From the NCBI RefSeq assembly GCF_006345805.1, contig NC_042997.1:152396001-152460000 (forward strand): a stretch of 64,000 bases of DNA, given 5' to 3'. Source of the stretch: Octopus sinensis. Its lineage: Eukaryota. Shown here piece by piece: positions 39,256 through 52,337 of this stretch. Made by a program: the position numbers and the translations under genes. Under the pieces are notes generated by a model, which worked only from the letters and a program-made list of their open reading frames with translations, ran no database searches and had not been told where the DNA came from. Position 1 is the first letter of the stretch. Each line of letters begins with the position of its first letter.

Positions 39256-39512
39256 GATATAGATATATATGCTACAGAATTTAATTTCCTGCCTGCAGGA
39301 CAAGATTATACACACACACATACATACAAATATATATGTGTGTGTGTGTATGTACGTATGTATGTATATATATACATACACATATATATATGTTACCATG
39401 TATAATATATATATGTATATATATATATATATATACATATAGCATGTATATGTGTATATATATATACATATACATGTGTCCCAGTTTGTATTTTTTTACA
39501 TATATATATATA

Positions 39513-39561
<49 letters not shown>

Positions 39562-39701
39562 GTATATGTATATATATATGTATCTATCTATCTATATCTG
39601 TATCTATCTATCTATCGATCTATCTATCTCTCTCTCTCTATATATATATATATGTGTATATATATATATATATATATGTGTATATAATATATATATATAA
39701 T

Positions 39702-39738
<37 letters not shown>

Positions 39739-40889
39739 GTACGTATGTATGTATATGTATGTATGTATGTGTGTGTATGTATGTATCATTTCTTTAGACC
39801 TTATCCTTGTTTTTCTTTTTCTTCTTTCACTTTGGTTCGTTCTCGTTATTCTCCCAAACAACTTTATTACCATTAAGCATCTTTGACATTTATTTCTTTG
39901 ACTTGCTAACTTACACACATCCACTTTTGACCGATAAGATTTCCCAACTTATAAGACCCAGATGTTTCATCTCTGCTCTTTCTGTATTTCCTTCCTTCAT
40001 TTTTCTCTGTCGTTATCTTTTCTTTCTTTCTTTCTTTATTTATTTATTTTTCTTTATTTTATTGTTGTTGTTTTTTTTTGGGGGGTGGTTTCTTATCCTG
40101 AAACAGTCTTGAACCATATATCGTTCTACATAAAAAAAAATAACAACAACAACAACAACAACAACAACAAAAAGATTCTTAATATGATTTTCAACATAAA
40201 CATCGTGACTATTCTAATTTCATTCACGGTTAAGCATTCCGTTCTGTCGTATTACTTTACTTAACCTAAAAGAGGTGGGCGGGGCACACACACACACCGT
40301 TTATTCTTTATATTTACATGACATTTACAATGTCACTGAAAGCAAAAGGTGTGGCGGATTATATTAAGTGATGTAAAACACACATGCACACACATGAGCA
40401 CACACGTGCGCGCACATACACACATGCACACGCACATACACACACATACACACACGCAGCAAAAAGCATGTAATACTTAGTAAATTAATTGATATAGCAA
40501 TTTAGAAGTTTTTAATTTTGGGTTGGTTTTTTTGATTTGATAAAGAGGGAAGGGTTGTGGCCGTGACCTTTGCAGGGTCACCGGGACAGTGGGGGCGGAG
40601 GAGGGGGTGAAGTAGGTGTGTGAAGAGAGGAAGAAACCACGCCTTGTGGCTTGCGTTACTAAGAAGCAACACATGAAGATATTAATTTATTCTCAGACAA
40701 GAGGCCCGGTCCGAATGCATGCAACAGAGTGAATTCTGCTGAAGGCACCCACGTGGTGGTGGTAGTGGTGGTGGTGGTAATGGTGGTGGTGGTGGTGGCG
40801 ACAGCGGCGGCGGTGTTCGAAAGCCAGGAAACAACGTTTATATTACAAGGCTAAATGTTTTGTTACTACATTTCCTCTTTGGATACATT

Positions 40890-40972
40890 TCATCATCATC
40901 ATCATCATCACATCATCATCATCGTCGTCATCATCATCATCATCATCATCATCATCACCATCACCATCATCG

Positions 40973-41006
<34 letters not shown>

Positions 41007-41042
41007 CACCATCATCACCATCATCCTCACCATCATCCTCAC

Positions 41043-41079
<37 letters not shown>

Positions 41080-41105
41080 GTTGTCGTCGGCGTCATCATC
41101 ATCGC
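40890..41105. repeat. Interrupted (CAT/CAC)n trinucleotide tract
   Basis: Directly visible; gives poly-H, poly-I and poly-S ORFs in the track. Confidence 0.95.
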
Positions 41106-41446
41106 CATCAGCCGTTCAAGAATTTGGACCTGGAGATCTCCATTTCCAGCGACTTCGAGCGCCACCTCCCAGTGGTGTCGGGCGTCAACGAAGAGCCCTC
41201 GACTACAACAAGACGACCAAAGTCTTTTTTTTTTATTCCAAGGTCTGGGGTCTCCCGCCCCTAAGCCCTAGACCATCACCTAATCACCCTTACCCGTCTT
41301 GTTACTTAACAACAACAACAACAACAATAATCATCGCCATCATAATCATCATCACTATTTTCCTCTTCTTCTCCTCCGCCTCACCCCTTTCTGCCTTTTG
41401 TTGTCTTTGTCTCTCTTAATCAAATATGACATTCTTTATTCTTTTT

Positions 41447-41852
41447 TTCTTTTACTCGTTTCAGTCATTTGACTGCGGCCATGCTGGAGCACCACCTTTA
41501 GTCGAGCAAATCGACCCCGGTACTTATTCTTTGTAAGTCCAGTACTTATTCTATCGGTCTCTTTTGCCGAACCGCTAAGTGACAGGGACGTAAACACACC
41601 AGCATCGGTTGTCAAGCAATGCTAGGGAGACAAACACAGACACAAACACATACACACACATACATATATATATATATATACATATATTCGACAGGCTTCT
41701 TTCAGTTTCCGTCTACCAAATCCACTCATAAGGCATTGGTCAGCCCGGAGCTATAGCAGAAGACACTTGCCCAAGATGCCACGCAGTCGGACTGAACCCG
41801 GAACCATGTGGTTGGTTAGCAAGCTACTTACCACACAGCCACTCCTGCGCCT
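41447..41852 (-). mobile_element. Family A SINE
   Basis: Full head and tail motifs. Confidence 0.9.
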
Positions 41853-42182
41853 ATGGTAACAAAGATCATTTTTTTTTTGCCCTTTCTCTATTGCTCCTTC
41901 CCTAAGATTGTAAACCAAATATATTGACACAATTCTGATTGTAGATTCCCGCAGAACGTTTTTGTTAGATCTAATGTAGAGGATCTTGCTCTCACTTTTC
42001 CTCCTCTTTAATCTTGCTTTAATCCGGTCGACTCCGTAACGTTTACTCCTTTCGTTTAATCCATCGTTTGAGGTCAGTCGTTATCCTCTTACATGTAGCC
42101 ATAATAAGGATACACGATTCATTGAGGTGTTATATGATGACATCCGAAAGCTCCTGCATTTCAGCTTACTGTAGAGCACAAG

Positions 42183-42759
42183 TGAAGGCGCATGGCTCAG
42201 TGGTTAGAGGGTCGAGCTTACGATCGTGAGGGTGTGGGTTCGAATCCCGGACCGGGTTGCGTGTTGTGTTCTTGAGCAAGACACTTTATTTCACGCAGCT
42301 CCAGTTCACTCAACTGTAGAAATGAGTTGCTACGCCGCAGGTGCCAAGCTGTATCTGCTGTTGCCTTTCCCTTGGATAACACTGGCGGCGAGCTGGCAGT
42401 AACGTTAGCGCGCCGGGCGAAATGCTTAGCGGTATTTCGTCTGTCGTTACGTTCTGAGTTCAAATTCCGCCGTGGTCGACTTTGCCGTTCATCCTTTCGG
42501 GGTCGATAAATAAAGTACCAGTTTCGCACTGGAGTTGATGTAATCGACTTAATCCCTTTGTCTGTCATTGTTTGTCCCCTCTATGTTTAGCCCCTGGTGG
42601 GTAGTAAAGAAATATATAACACTGGTGGCGTAGAGAGGGGAGGGCGGTATGCATGGGCGACTGCTGATCTTCCATAAACAACCTTGCCCGGACTTGTGCC
42701 TGGGAGGGTAACTTTCTAGGTGCAATCCCAAAGTCAGTCATGACCGAAGGAGGGGTCTC
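42183..42759 (+). mobile_element. Family D-type SINE with a nested family B SINE (42386-42615)
   Basis: Outer TSD AGAGCACAAG (42173-42182 / 42760-42769); inner TSD ATAACACTGG (42376-42385 / 42616-42625). Confidence 0.85.
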
Positions 42760-43546
42760 AGAGCACAAGAGCACAACCTCATTCTGCGATACGGATCACA
42801 TGTTCAACCCAGTTCAGCTGTGATTCCAACAGAATAAACTCAACGCTATACGTATTTTCTAGATGCTGAACCACTTGTATATATGAGTGGATGCTGAAAA
42901 GTCTCTGACTTCGAGGGTGTCGCGAAAGGCCTGGTTGGAGGCCCAACCTTCCGTGTTCTTTATAGCGCTTAGAAAGACTGAAGTGATCGCTGCAATAAGT
43001 GTGTGGATCTGAGAAGGGAATATGTTGATTAAAATCTCAATTAGCAGATCCTCCTGTATTTTACTCAAAACCAGGAACTTTTCAGTACCCGCTCCTATGT
43101 ACCAGCATGTATATATGTTGGTACCAGAGACCGTCCGCCTAGATAAGCAATGTAGGCAATGCCTACCTTGAATAAAATAGATCGTTAGCAATATTTTCCA
43201 TTTATGGCAAAATATGGACTTAACCCAATAAAATTATGAAGGTTACTCTGATTATTATGCATTAAAATTCAAAGTATTTTATTATTATTATTTTTTTTTG
43301 TAGATTAGGTAAGCATAATTTGCCCCTGCTTTTCAATTTCAGTATTTAAGCTACGCATACTACTGCTGTAGTACACGTGCTGTGTACACTCCTACAACAC
43401 TGTTTTCTTTACGTGCTATAAAGGCAGAGATAAATCTGCCTTCATCTCAGTCGCGCGTCTGTGTTTCGCTTATTTTTTTTTATTTTATTACATATAGGTC
43501 ACCAACTGCCTACTTTGAGTAATTAGTGACGGTACGTGCCTGGCTA

Positions 43547-43589
<43 letters not shown>

Positions 43590-44483
43590 TAACCTTCACA
43601 ACTGATATATATGCCATCCATATTAGCAAAAACTAATTCATCATTACTCATAAATATGCTTTCATCAATAATGTAAAATTTATTGAAGTATACACTATCA
43701 GCTAATTCTATTGTATGACTGATTATTACATCACGTTCTATTCATATTTGCCAACCAATATTTATATAGTCTCTTTATTGGTTTATTAGTTTATACATCA
43801 CTGACATGTCATGCAATCTGAAATGAGAAAGAGCATTCTGAAGATCACTTCAGCTGCGAGAAATAACAACCAAAATCCAACTACACTAATTATCGGAGTA
43901 GATTTCTTACATCTCTTTGGTCTTTTAGGGGATTTAAAACAACAAAGATTAGTGGAATCTACCACAAGCTTTACAGTTACTTCGTTAATTCGTTGTAGTT
44001 CACCTGAGCAGTTGTAGTGCCCCTGAACAGTTGTAGTGCACCTGAGCACTGTATACAATAATTTCATTATCATCATCATCATTATTATTATTATTATTAT
44101 TATTCCAAGAGATTTAATAATGATTATTAATTCTGTTTTCTTGATACCAGCGATAAACATTGTATTTGCTCATTGATGCTTCGAGTTTCAGCGTAGGCCC
44201 CTGTGTCTAACTTTACCCTCAACCTAAGCTGCTGAGCAAAAAATAATTAGTTGCATATACAGCTCAAGAGTAAAGATTGCTGGCAAACTAATGAACAGAA
44301 TTTGTCGCGTCTTCATTTTCTACGTGTGTTCATTAACATTTTATCGGAAATCCAGCCGGGATGACGTTTAACCTATTCCTCGATTTTTTATTTTTTAAAT
44401 ATCAGTATACAAATGTCATTTGTTGCATCAAGAAATTATCAATTTCGCTGCAGAGACACGTCAATATCATTCATAGAAAGAAA

Positions 44484-44935
44484 GCGGCGAGCTAGCAGAA
44501 TCGTTAGCACGCCAAACAAAATGTATAGCGGCATTTTGACCGTCCTTACGTTCTGAGTTCAAATTCCGCTGAAGTCGACTTTGCCGTTCATCCTTCCGGG
44601 GTCGATAAAATAAGTACCAGTCACGCAGTGGGGTCGATGTAATCGGCTGACGCCCTCCTTCAAAATTCTGTGTCGTGTGCCTATAGTAGAAAGGAATATT
44701 ATTCATAGAAAGAAAGCAGTGAGCTGGCAGAATCGTTAGCACGTCGGGCGAAAATGCTTAGCGGGATTTCGTACATATTAACGTCCTGAGATCAAATTTC
44801 TCCGAGGTCGACTTTGCCTTTCATCCTTTCGGGGACGATAAAATAAGTGCCAGATAAGCACTGCGGTCGATGTAATCGGCCTATCCCCACCCCGAATTTG
44901 CTGGCTTTATGCCAAAATTTGAAGCCAATATTATA
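44484..44935 (+). mobile_element. Two tandem family B SINEs
   Basis: Both begin ATTCATAGAAAGAAAGC.G.GAGCT.GCAGAATCGTTAGCACG. Confidence 0.88.
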
Positions 44936-46084
44936 TATATACAAAGATTTTGGCGGATCTCACGAAAATGAAAATATTCAAGAAGGAAAAGAAATTGTTT
45001 ACAAGGTGTACTATTCAACCAATTTTTATTAGGTCTGTTTTGGGAGTGTGGTAACATGTTCGTGTTGCGGTGTTGATTGAGAAACAAAGTATCTAGTTGT
45101 CTATTTTTGTTGTATGGTCGGAATGTCCTCTTTGGGACTAGTTTTTTCATTTGGTATTATTTTGTAGTGCAAATACGTACAAGATTTAGGCACTGGAAGA
45201 CATACACCAGATACATCAGAGACACACCAAAGCACACACATGCTCACACACGTGTAACAGACTTGCATTAAGAAAAGCGGGTGTTTGTTTTCTATTTATG
45301 CAACAAACGCTATTATATTTATGTACCGTATGCAATTTCAAGCTTTATGAAAAATTTCTTTTATACCTGATGCAATTTCATATTTTATGAAAAATTTATT
45401 TTATTATACAAGAATCTCTGTCTCTATTTCTCTTCTACTCTCTCAGTATATGTATACATAATGATATTCTAACATACCCGTGTCATCATAATTGATGGCA
45501 GCTTATTTTATTACTGAGAGAAAATGGCGCAATCATTGAAAAGAGAAAAAACGGAAGAAACGGTTGATAAATTACTTAGTCTTTGCACTTTTTATTTAAC
45601 AGAATAATATTACAATAAGTTGCAGATATAATGCTGCTTTTACATCCACGATAATTAGGTGGAAGTACAATATGATAGCCATGTGATTTTGTTTCCTCAT
45701 AACTTTCTGAGAAATGCATGTATTTTAAAGACATTTCACAGAAATGACATTTTGAGTTCGAAGGCGTAAAATCCGATCATTTTGATAAAAATTCTATCAT
45801 TTCCTGTCAGCCCGATTTTGCTTCCTTATAACTCTGTTTTAAAATGCATATTTTTGTGCGTCGTGAAGCAGAAATAAGCTTTCAAAAATATTAAGTGTAT
45901 ATTGTTAATGCTTCAAATTAAGAAATCTGAAAAATATGTGAAAATACTAAACTTACGGATATTGGTGATAACAAAATTAAGGTGGATGGGTAGATGGATG
46001 AAGAATGACCCATACTACCTAAAAAAATTTCTGTACATTTTATCAACACAGTAGTAAACTACATCCTTGGAATTGTGTCACAGC

Positions 46085-46505
46085 AAAACTCCATTATAAA
46101 ATGTGAATTTCGTGGGAGGGAATAAGTCGATTGCATCGACCCCACGACTCAACTGGTTCTTATTTTATCGACACCGAAGAAAAAAAAGAGCAAACTCGTC
46201 GTCGGCAGAAAGTAAAGACGGACGAAATACCGTTAAGCAGTTTACCTGGCGTGATAACGACTCTGCCACCTCGTCGCCTTATTATGAGAGATTAATATTA
46301 GTTTTAAATGTTGGCACAAGGCCAGCAATTTTTGAGAGAGGGGTAAGTCGATTATATCGACCAGAGTGCTCAGCTAGTACTTATTTTATTGACTCTGAAA
46401 GGAAGAAAGCCCAAATCGAAGTCAGCGGTATTTGATCTCAGAACGTAAAGATGGACGAAATTATTTTTCCCGACGTGTTAAACAGTTCTGTTAGTTCTCC
46501 GCTTT
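46085..46505 (-). mobile_element. Two degenerate family B SINEs
   Basis: Reverse-complement core motifs (GTACTTATTTTAT.GAC..., GGACGAAAT). Confidence 0.7.
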
Positions 46506-46593
46506 ATGAGAATATAATATTGGGACGCATTAAACCGTAGTTTCTCTTTTACTTTCCGTACATACATACATACATACATACATACATACTATA

Positions 46594-47007
46594 GGCGTAG
46601 GAGTGGCTGTGTGGTAAGTAGCTTGCTTACGAGCCACATGGTTCCGGGTTCAGTCCCACTGCGTGACACCTTGGGCAAGTGCCTTCTACTATAGTCTCGG
46701 GCCGACCAAAGCCTTGTGAGTGGATTTGGTAGACGGAAACTGAAAGAAGCCCGTCGTATATGTATGTATATGTATTTATGTGTGTGTGTGTATGTTTATG
46801 TGCCTGTGTTTGCCCTCCTCCCCAACATCGCTTGACAACCGATGCTGGTGTGTTGACGCCCCGTAACTTAGCGGATCGGTAAAAGAGACCGATAGAATAA
46901 GTACTAGGCTTACAAAGAATAAGTCCTGGGGTCGATTTGCTCGACTAAAGGCGGTGCTCCAGCATGGCCATAGTCAAATGACTGAAACAAGTAAAAGAGT
47001 AAAGAGT
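46594..47007 (+). mobile_element. Family A SINE
   Basis: Full head and tail motifs. Confidence 0.9.
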
Positions 47008-47490
47008 ACATACATACATATATATGTACAATCAGACATATGTGTGTATATGTGTGTGTAACGAGTGAATTTGAATGTAAATCTATTTTCTTTATTCTAT
47101 GTAAAAGCAATTTTTTTGTTATAAAAACGGCTTCTGATTTTTATTAATAATTGATTTTTGTATGTAAAATTCAGCCAGGAAAGCAAAAGTTACAGCTGCT
47201 GTGTGTATGTATTATTATGTGAGCTCGTGTGAGTGCACCTGTGCATATACTTGTGTACGTTTGAGAACATTCACCATTTAACATGAATATGTAGTGTTTT
47301 ATTCTTAGTTATCTTCTTTTTGCGAAAAATTTGCGACAAAAATTTGCAATTTTATTTTGTTCAACTTAGCAGTTACTCCAGCCATTGTAATTTTAATTTT
47401 TTTCCGTTTCCCTCACCAACGTTTAACGTCTCCAACTGCCACTTTCTCCCACACATTTTATTATTTCAGTCTCACTCTACTAGCGTGACA

Positions 47491-47868
47491 GTCGAGGCGC
47501 AATGGCCCAGTAGTTAGGACAGCGGACTGGCGGTCATAGGATCGCGGTTTCGATTCCCAGACCGGGCGTTGTGAGTATTTATTGAGTGAAAACACCTAAA
47601 ACTCCACGAGGCTCCGGCAAGCGATGGTGGCGAACTCTGCTGTACTCTTACACCCCAACTTTCTCTTACTCTTTCTTCCTGTTTCTGTTGTACCTGTATT
47701 TCAAAGGGCCAGCCTTGTCACACTCTGTGTCACGCTAAACCTCCCCGAGAACTACGTTAAAGGTACACGTGTTTGTGGAGTGCTCAGCCACGTTAATTTC
47801 ACGAGCAGGCTGTTCCGTTGATCGGATCAACTGGAACCCTCGTCGCCGTAACCGAGGGAGTGCCACAG
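47491..47868 (+). mobile_element. Family D SINE with a 12-bp TSD
   Basis: ACTAGCGTGACA at 47479-47490 and 47869-47880; tRNA-like head. Confidence 0.9.
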
Positions 47869-48473
47869 ACTAGCGTGACAACGAACAAAAGTACATTTTA
47901 TTACAAGTGGCACTATTTACCTACTGAATACACATACACATACACACACACACACGCACATAATGTGTGTGTGTGTGTGTGTGATTGTGTGTGCACGTCC
48001 GTGCGTGCGTGTGCATAATTCATAATGAAAGATACGAGAAGAAAATAGTGTTAAAAAATTAATATATATAGTTATATATAGAAATACGTAGACGCTATGA
48101 ACATCTACAAGCATACGCACATATACTTTTTTTTACTTGTTTCAGTCATTTGACTGTGACCATGCTGGAGCACTGCCTTTAGTCGAGCAAATCGACCCCA
48201 GGACTTATTCTTTGTAAGCCTTGTACTTATTCTGTCGGTCTCTTTTACCGAACCGCTAAGTAACGGGGACGTAAACACACCAGCATCGATTGTCAAGCGA
48301 TGTTGGAGGGACAAATACAGACACATAAACATATATACACACACATACATATGTATATATATATATATATATATATACATTTATATAGATAGATAGGTAG
48401 GTAGGTAGGTAGGTAGGTAGGTAGATAGATAGGTAGGTAGGAAGGTAGGTAGGTAGAAACATACATATATGCA

Positions 48474-48509
<36 letters not shown>

Positions 48510-48537
48510 TATATATTTATCTATCTATATATATATA

Positions 48538-48588
<51 letters not shown>

Positions 48589-48711
48589 ATATATATATAT
48601 ATACATATGTACAAACACACACAGACGTACACATATATACACATATACGCTATGTGACAATCTATTTACTTATATCAGCTACCATATTATCATATATCAG
48701 CTATTCCTAGA

Positions 48712-49080
48712 TCTACTATCGGTTCGATCGGCTTCAAGAATCCATAGTGCGATTCTTTCTTGCCACATTCTTATCACATGTTTTTTGTCCCGGAGCCATG
48801 ATTGTCAATGCGGGAAAGTAAGTGCTTGGCCCGGAGATTCCTTGATCTGCGAGCTACGCACCATCTCGAGTAAAGGTTCTCCAGAGATTCTTGGAGAAAC
48901 CCCATTTCGACCGCTTGTATTCGCAGTCTACTTCTTTCGGTCATTACCCAACATTCCCGACCATAGATGAGGATAGACACGAAAACCAAAACGGAGATAG
49001 CTTTCTTTATTAACTTCTCTTCCAAGTATCGAATGCTGGATCTCCTGTTTCACATCACTCGTCAATACGGCCCCGAAATA
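48712..49080 (-). mobile_element. RTE (Expander-like) LINE fragment
   Basis: ILIYGRECWVMTERSRLRIQAVEMGFL (RTE YG.E.WVMTER...IQAAEM.FL). Confidence 0.85.
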
Positions 49081-49092
49081 CTTAAAATTCTT

Positions 49093-49165
<73 letters not shown>

Positions 49166-49183
49166 GTGTGTGTGTGTGTGTAT

Positions 49184-49254
<71 letters not shown>

Positions 49255-49318
49255 TAAACATGAGTTTATCAAGAATCAAAATTTAAAGAAAACAGAAAAT
49301 GCCGAAATATCGAGGAAC

Positions 49319-49698
49319 AATAATTGACTTACATCAATTACTATTTATTAATTTAATACCAATAGACTGCATCCCACCTAACAGGTGTTTCTACTTCCAA
49401 TATTGTATGGTGTTGCCATCGATAGTCATTCACTTCCTGCCTCAAAGAGCTACACAAGCAAAATGGTATGATTACAACCATATTCAACTTTCTCCTTTTT
49501 CTTCTTTATGCTCTTCTTCTTCATTTACTCTTCGCTTTCATGAAGTTCCATGTTTCAGCTCGGTTTTATTACCAAATATGATATTTTTAGCATATCAATA
49601 GCAATACCATACAACATTGGAAGCAGAACTAGCTGTTAGATGGGATGCAGTCTATTTGTATTGAATTAATAAATAATAATTGATGTAAGTCAATTATT
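49319..49698. mobile_element. MITE-like element with ~105-bp imperfect TIRs
   Basis: AATAATTGACTTACATCAATTA...ATAGACTGCATCCCA...CTTCCAAT at the left, and its reverse complement at 49593-49698. Confidence 0.75.
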
Positions 49699-49901
49699 AT
49701 TCATCAATATTTCTCCATTTTCTGTTTTCTGTTATAAATATATAGGCATATTTGTATGTATGTATATAATGGACTCTCCCGTCGAAGATGACGTATGAGT
49801 GTTCAACACACACACATATATATATATGCAAAATACATACATATATATGTATATATCCATATATATATGTACATATACATAGATACATACATATATGTAT
49901 G

Positions 49902-49951
<50 letters not shown>

Positions 49952-50692
49952 ACATACATAAGGTGAGATTATCTCAAGAATCAAGAATTCTCCTGCCACT
50001 GGTCACTTGGAGTTTCTTTGCTCTCAGCTCATATATGTTTAAATTATGCAGGTTACTTCGGCTATAAAAAGTTTTACTCCTAACCATCATTTTTGGTAAC
50101 TCCTTTGGCTACTGAAGATAAGACCGAACCATTTTCATGCTGCTGTCTGCTATTGAGCAGAAACATATGTCCACAACTATCGTCTTATCCCCAGACAATA
50201 AGCCTGTCCCTTTTAAAGGCATGTCAGTTTTGGAGAAATTCTTGATATTTGAGATTATCTCACTTTTCAAGTGGAGCTGGTCTTTATTGCATTTGGCAGG
50301 AATAATTTTAATAATTCAAAAGTCCACTTTGTAATGTAAGTCTCTAAATGATCGCACGACTCGCTATAAATAGAAGTCAAATCTCCTTTAATTCAAATGC
50401 TACCGTCTTAGCAAAGGATACTTTGGAAGGTGTTGATCTTGACACACCACACTTAATATATACTCGGAATGGTCATTACTAGAGCGCCTTTGATTATAAG
50501 TTTACTTGAACAAAACTTTCTCTCTCTCTGCCCCCCCTCTCCCCCCTCTCTCTCTTGGTGAGACGGTATCAATTCTTGGTTTTAAATCCTTTTACTTCAA
50601 TTTACAACTTAAGAATAAACATTTTTTGTTTCGTCTCCACTAAAAATCATTTTGCAAGATTCTTGATATGAATTCGTGTGTTGAAAGAAATA

Positions 50693-51173
50693 CTATTGAA
50701 CCTTGGGAGGGGCATTATGCCGATAATAATAAACACACGCACTGGTTCGGGCCTTTATTGTTATTGTTAGTTAATGGGTTAATTACTCCGTTAACCAATT
50801 TATCAATTAGTCGTTTTTGTTTTACAAGCTTTTCAAACTCATATGTTAAACACTTCGGTCAAACAGTTCCAGTTTTTACAATCACCATCCATGAAGTGAT
50901 TGCAACAATGCGATGAAATGATTATTTGACAAAAAAAAAAAAGAAAAAAAAAAAAAAGAAATGACCAGACTAACAATATTGAACATTTGAACGCTTAACT
51001 GTTTGACCAAAGTGTTTAACATATGAGTTTGAAAAACTAGTAAAAAACAAACGGCTAATCGATAAATAGGTTAACGGAGAAGCTAACCCATTAACTAACA
51101 ATAACAATGAAGAACCGGACCAGTGCGTATGTTTATTATGACCGGCATAATGCCCCGCCCAAGGTTCCAATAG
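50693..51173. mobile_element. MITE with ~180-bp imperfect TIRs and TA TSD
   Basis: TA|CTATTGAACCTTGGG...CCCAAGGTTCCAATAG|TA; arms 50693-50868 and 50997-51173. Confidence 0.8.
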
Positions 51174-51551
51174 TAAAAATCATTTATTTTATGTATTTGT
51201 AATAATCGTTATTCATAGCTAACATATGATATAAACGATACAAACGATACAAACAAGTTTACAAGCAATTCGTAAAATTCCTGGTATACGTTTAGTTCTA
51301 AACCTGTAATATATATCAGTCTTCGCCCCCATGTTTGGTGTATGATGCCACCATCTTTTCTAGAGAATTGGAATATGTTCCTTTTAACGACGGATTGATC
51401 GGTTATAAATTGCAAATATAAGTTATAAAAATGTCTGATTTTTATCTTCTCTTTACCGAAAGCATTTGGTTTATTTCTCTTATTTATTAGTGTTGTTGCT
51501 GTTATCATTTACTTCGCATAATAATTAGGTTGTTAAATATTTATCATATAA

Positions 51552-52337
51552 CTAGCAGTATCGCCCGGCGTTGCTCGGGTTTGTAAGGGAAATAACTATA
51601 TAAGCATTTTTAGAGATGTAAAGTGTAATAGCCATCTCAATATGGTTAACCACAAAGGGGAGGGGGTGTTACTGTAGCTTTATACGTTCTGAGATTTAAT
51701 AATACATTTTTAGAGAGTTACTTCCCTTATATAAACCGAGCGAAAATGCATTAAAAATACGGAAAAATTATGGTAATTTTTTTTTAAATCGTAGACTCAT
51801 CGTAGACGCGCGCTAATACCCAGAAGGGCTCGATATGAATCACGACTATAAGATACCCGGTTTTGGTTAAACTGCACCGCAAAATGTGGGAGTAGTTAGG
51901 AATCTAAATCGTAGGAGACAGACACACAACTTGACTTTTATATATAATGACTAGCAGTATCGCTCGGGTTTGTAAGAGAAATGACTATATAAGCATTTTT
52001 AGAGATGTAAAGTATAATAGCCATCTCAATATGGCTAACCACAAAGGGGGGGGGTGTTACTGTAGCTTTTTACGTTCTGAGATTTAATAATACATTTTTA
52101 GAGAGTTACTTCCCTTATATAATAGCAAAAAATGCATTAAAAATGGAAAAAAATGATGGTAAATTTGTTTTTAAGCCGTAGACTCATCGTAGACGCGCGC
52201 TAATACCCAGAAGGGCTCGATATGAATCACGACTATAAGATACCCGCTTTTGGTTACACTGCACCGCAAAATGTGGGAGTAGTTAGGAATCTAAATCGTA
52301 GGAGACAGACACACAACTTCACTTTTATATATAAAGA
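51552..52337 (-). mobile_element. Non-autonomous Helitron, head-to-tail dimer (51552-51950 and 51951-52337)
   Basis: Minus strand: A|TCTTTATATATAAAAGTG 5' end; 3' hairpin CCCGAGCAACGCCGGG followed by GATACTGCTAG|T; internal junction CTAG|TCATTATATATAAAAG. Confidence 0.93.

Noticed and set aside
41890-43191. Coding-like unique sequence around the nested SINE (ORF 42859-43191)
   Set aside because: No recognisable domain in any frame; might be a decayed LINE but cannot be supported without a search.
43811-44160. ORFs 43811-44017 (+) and 43798-44160 (-)
   Set aside because: They overlap a 19-bp x3 tandem repeat and an (ATT)n tail, which looks like a retroelement 3' end rather than a gene.
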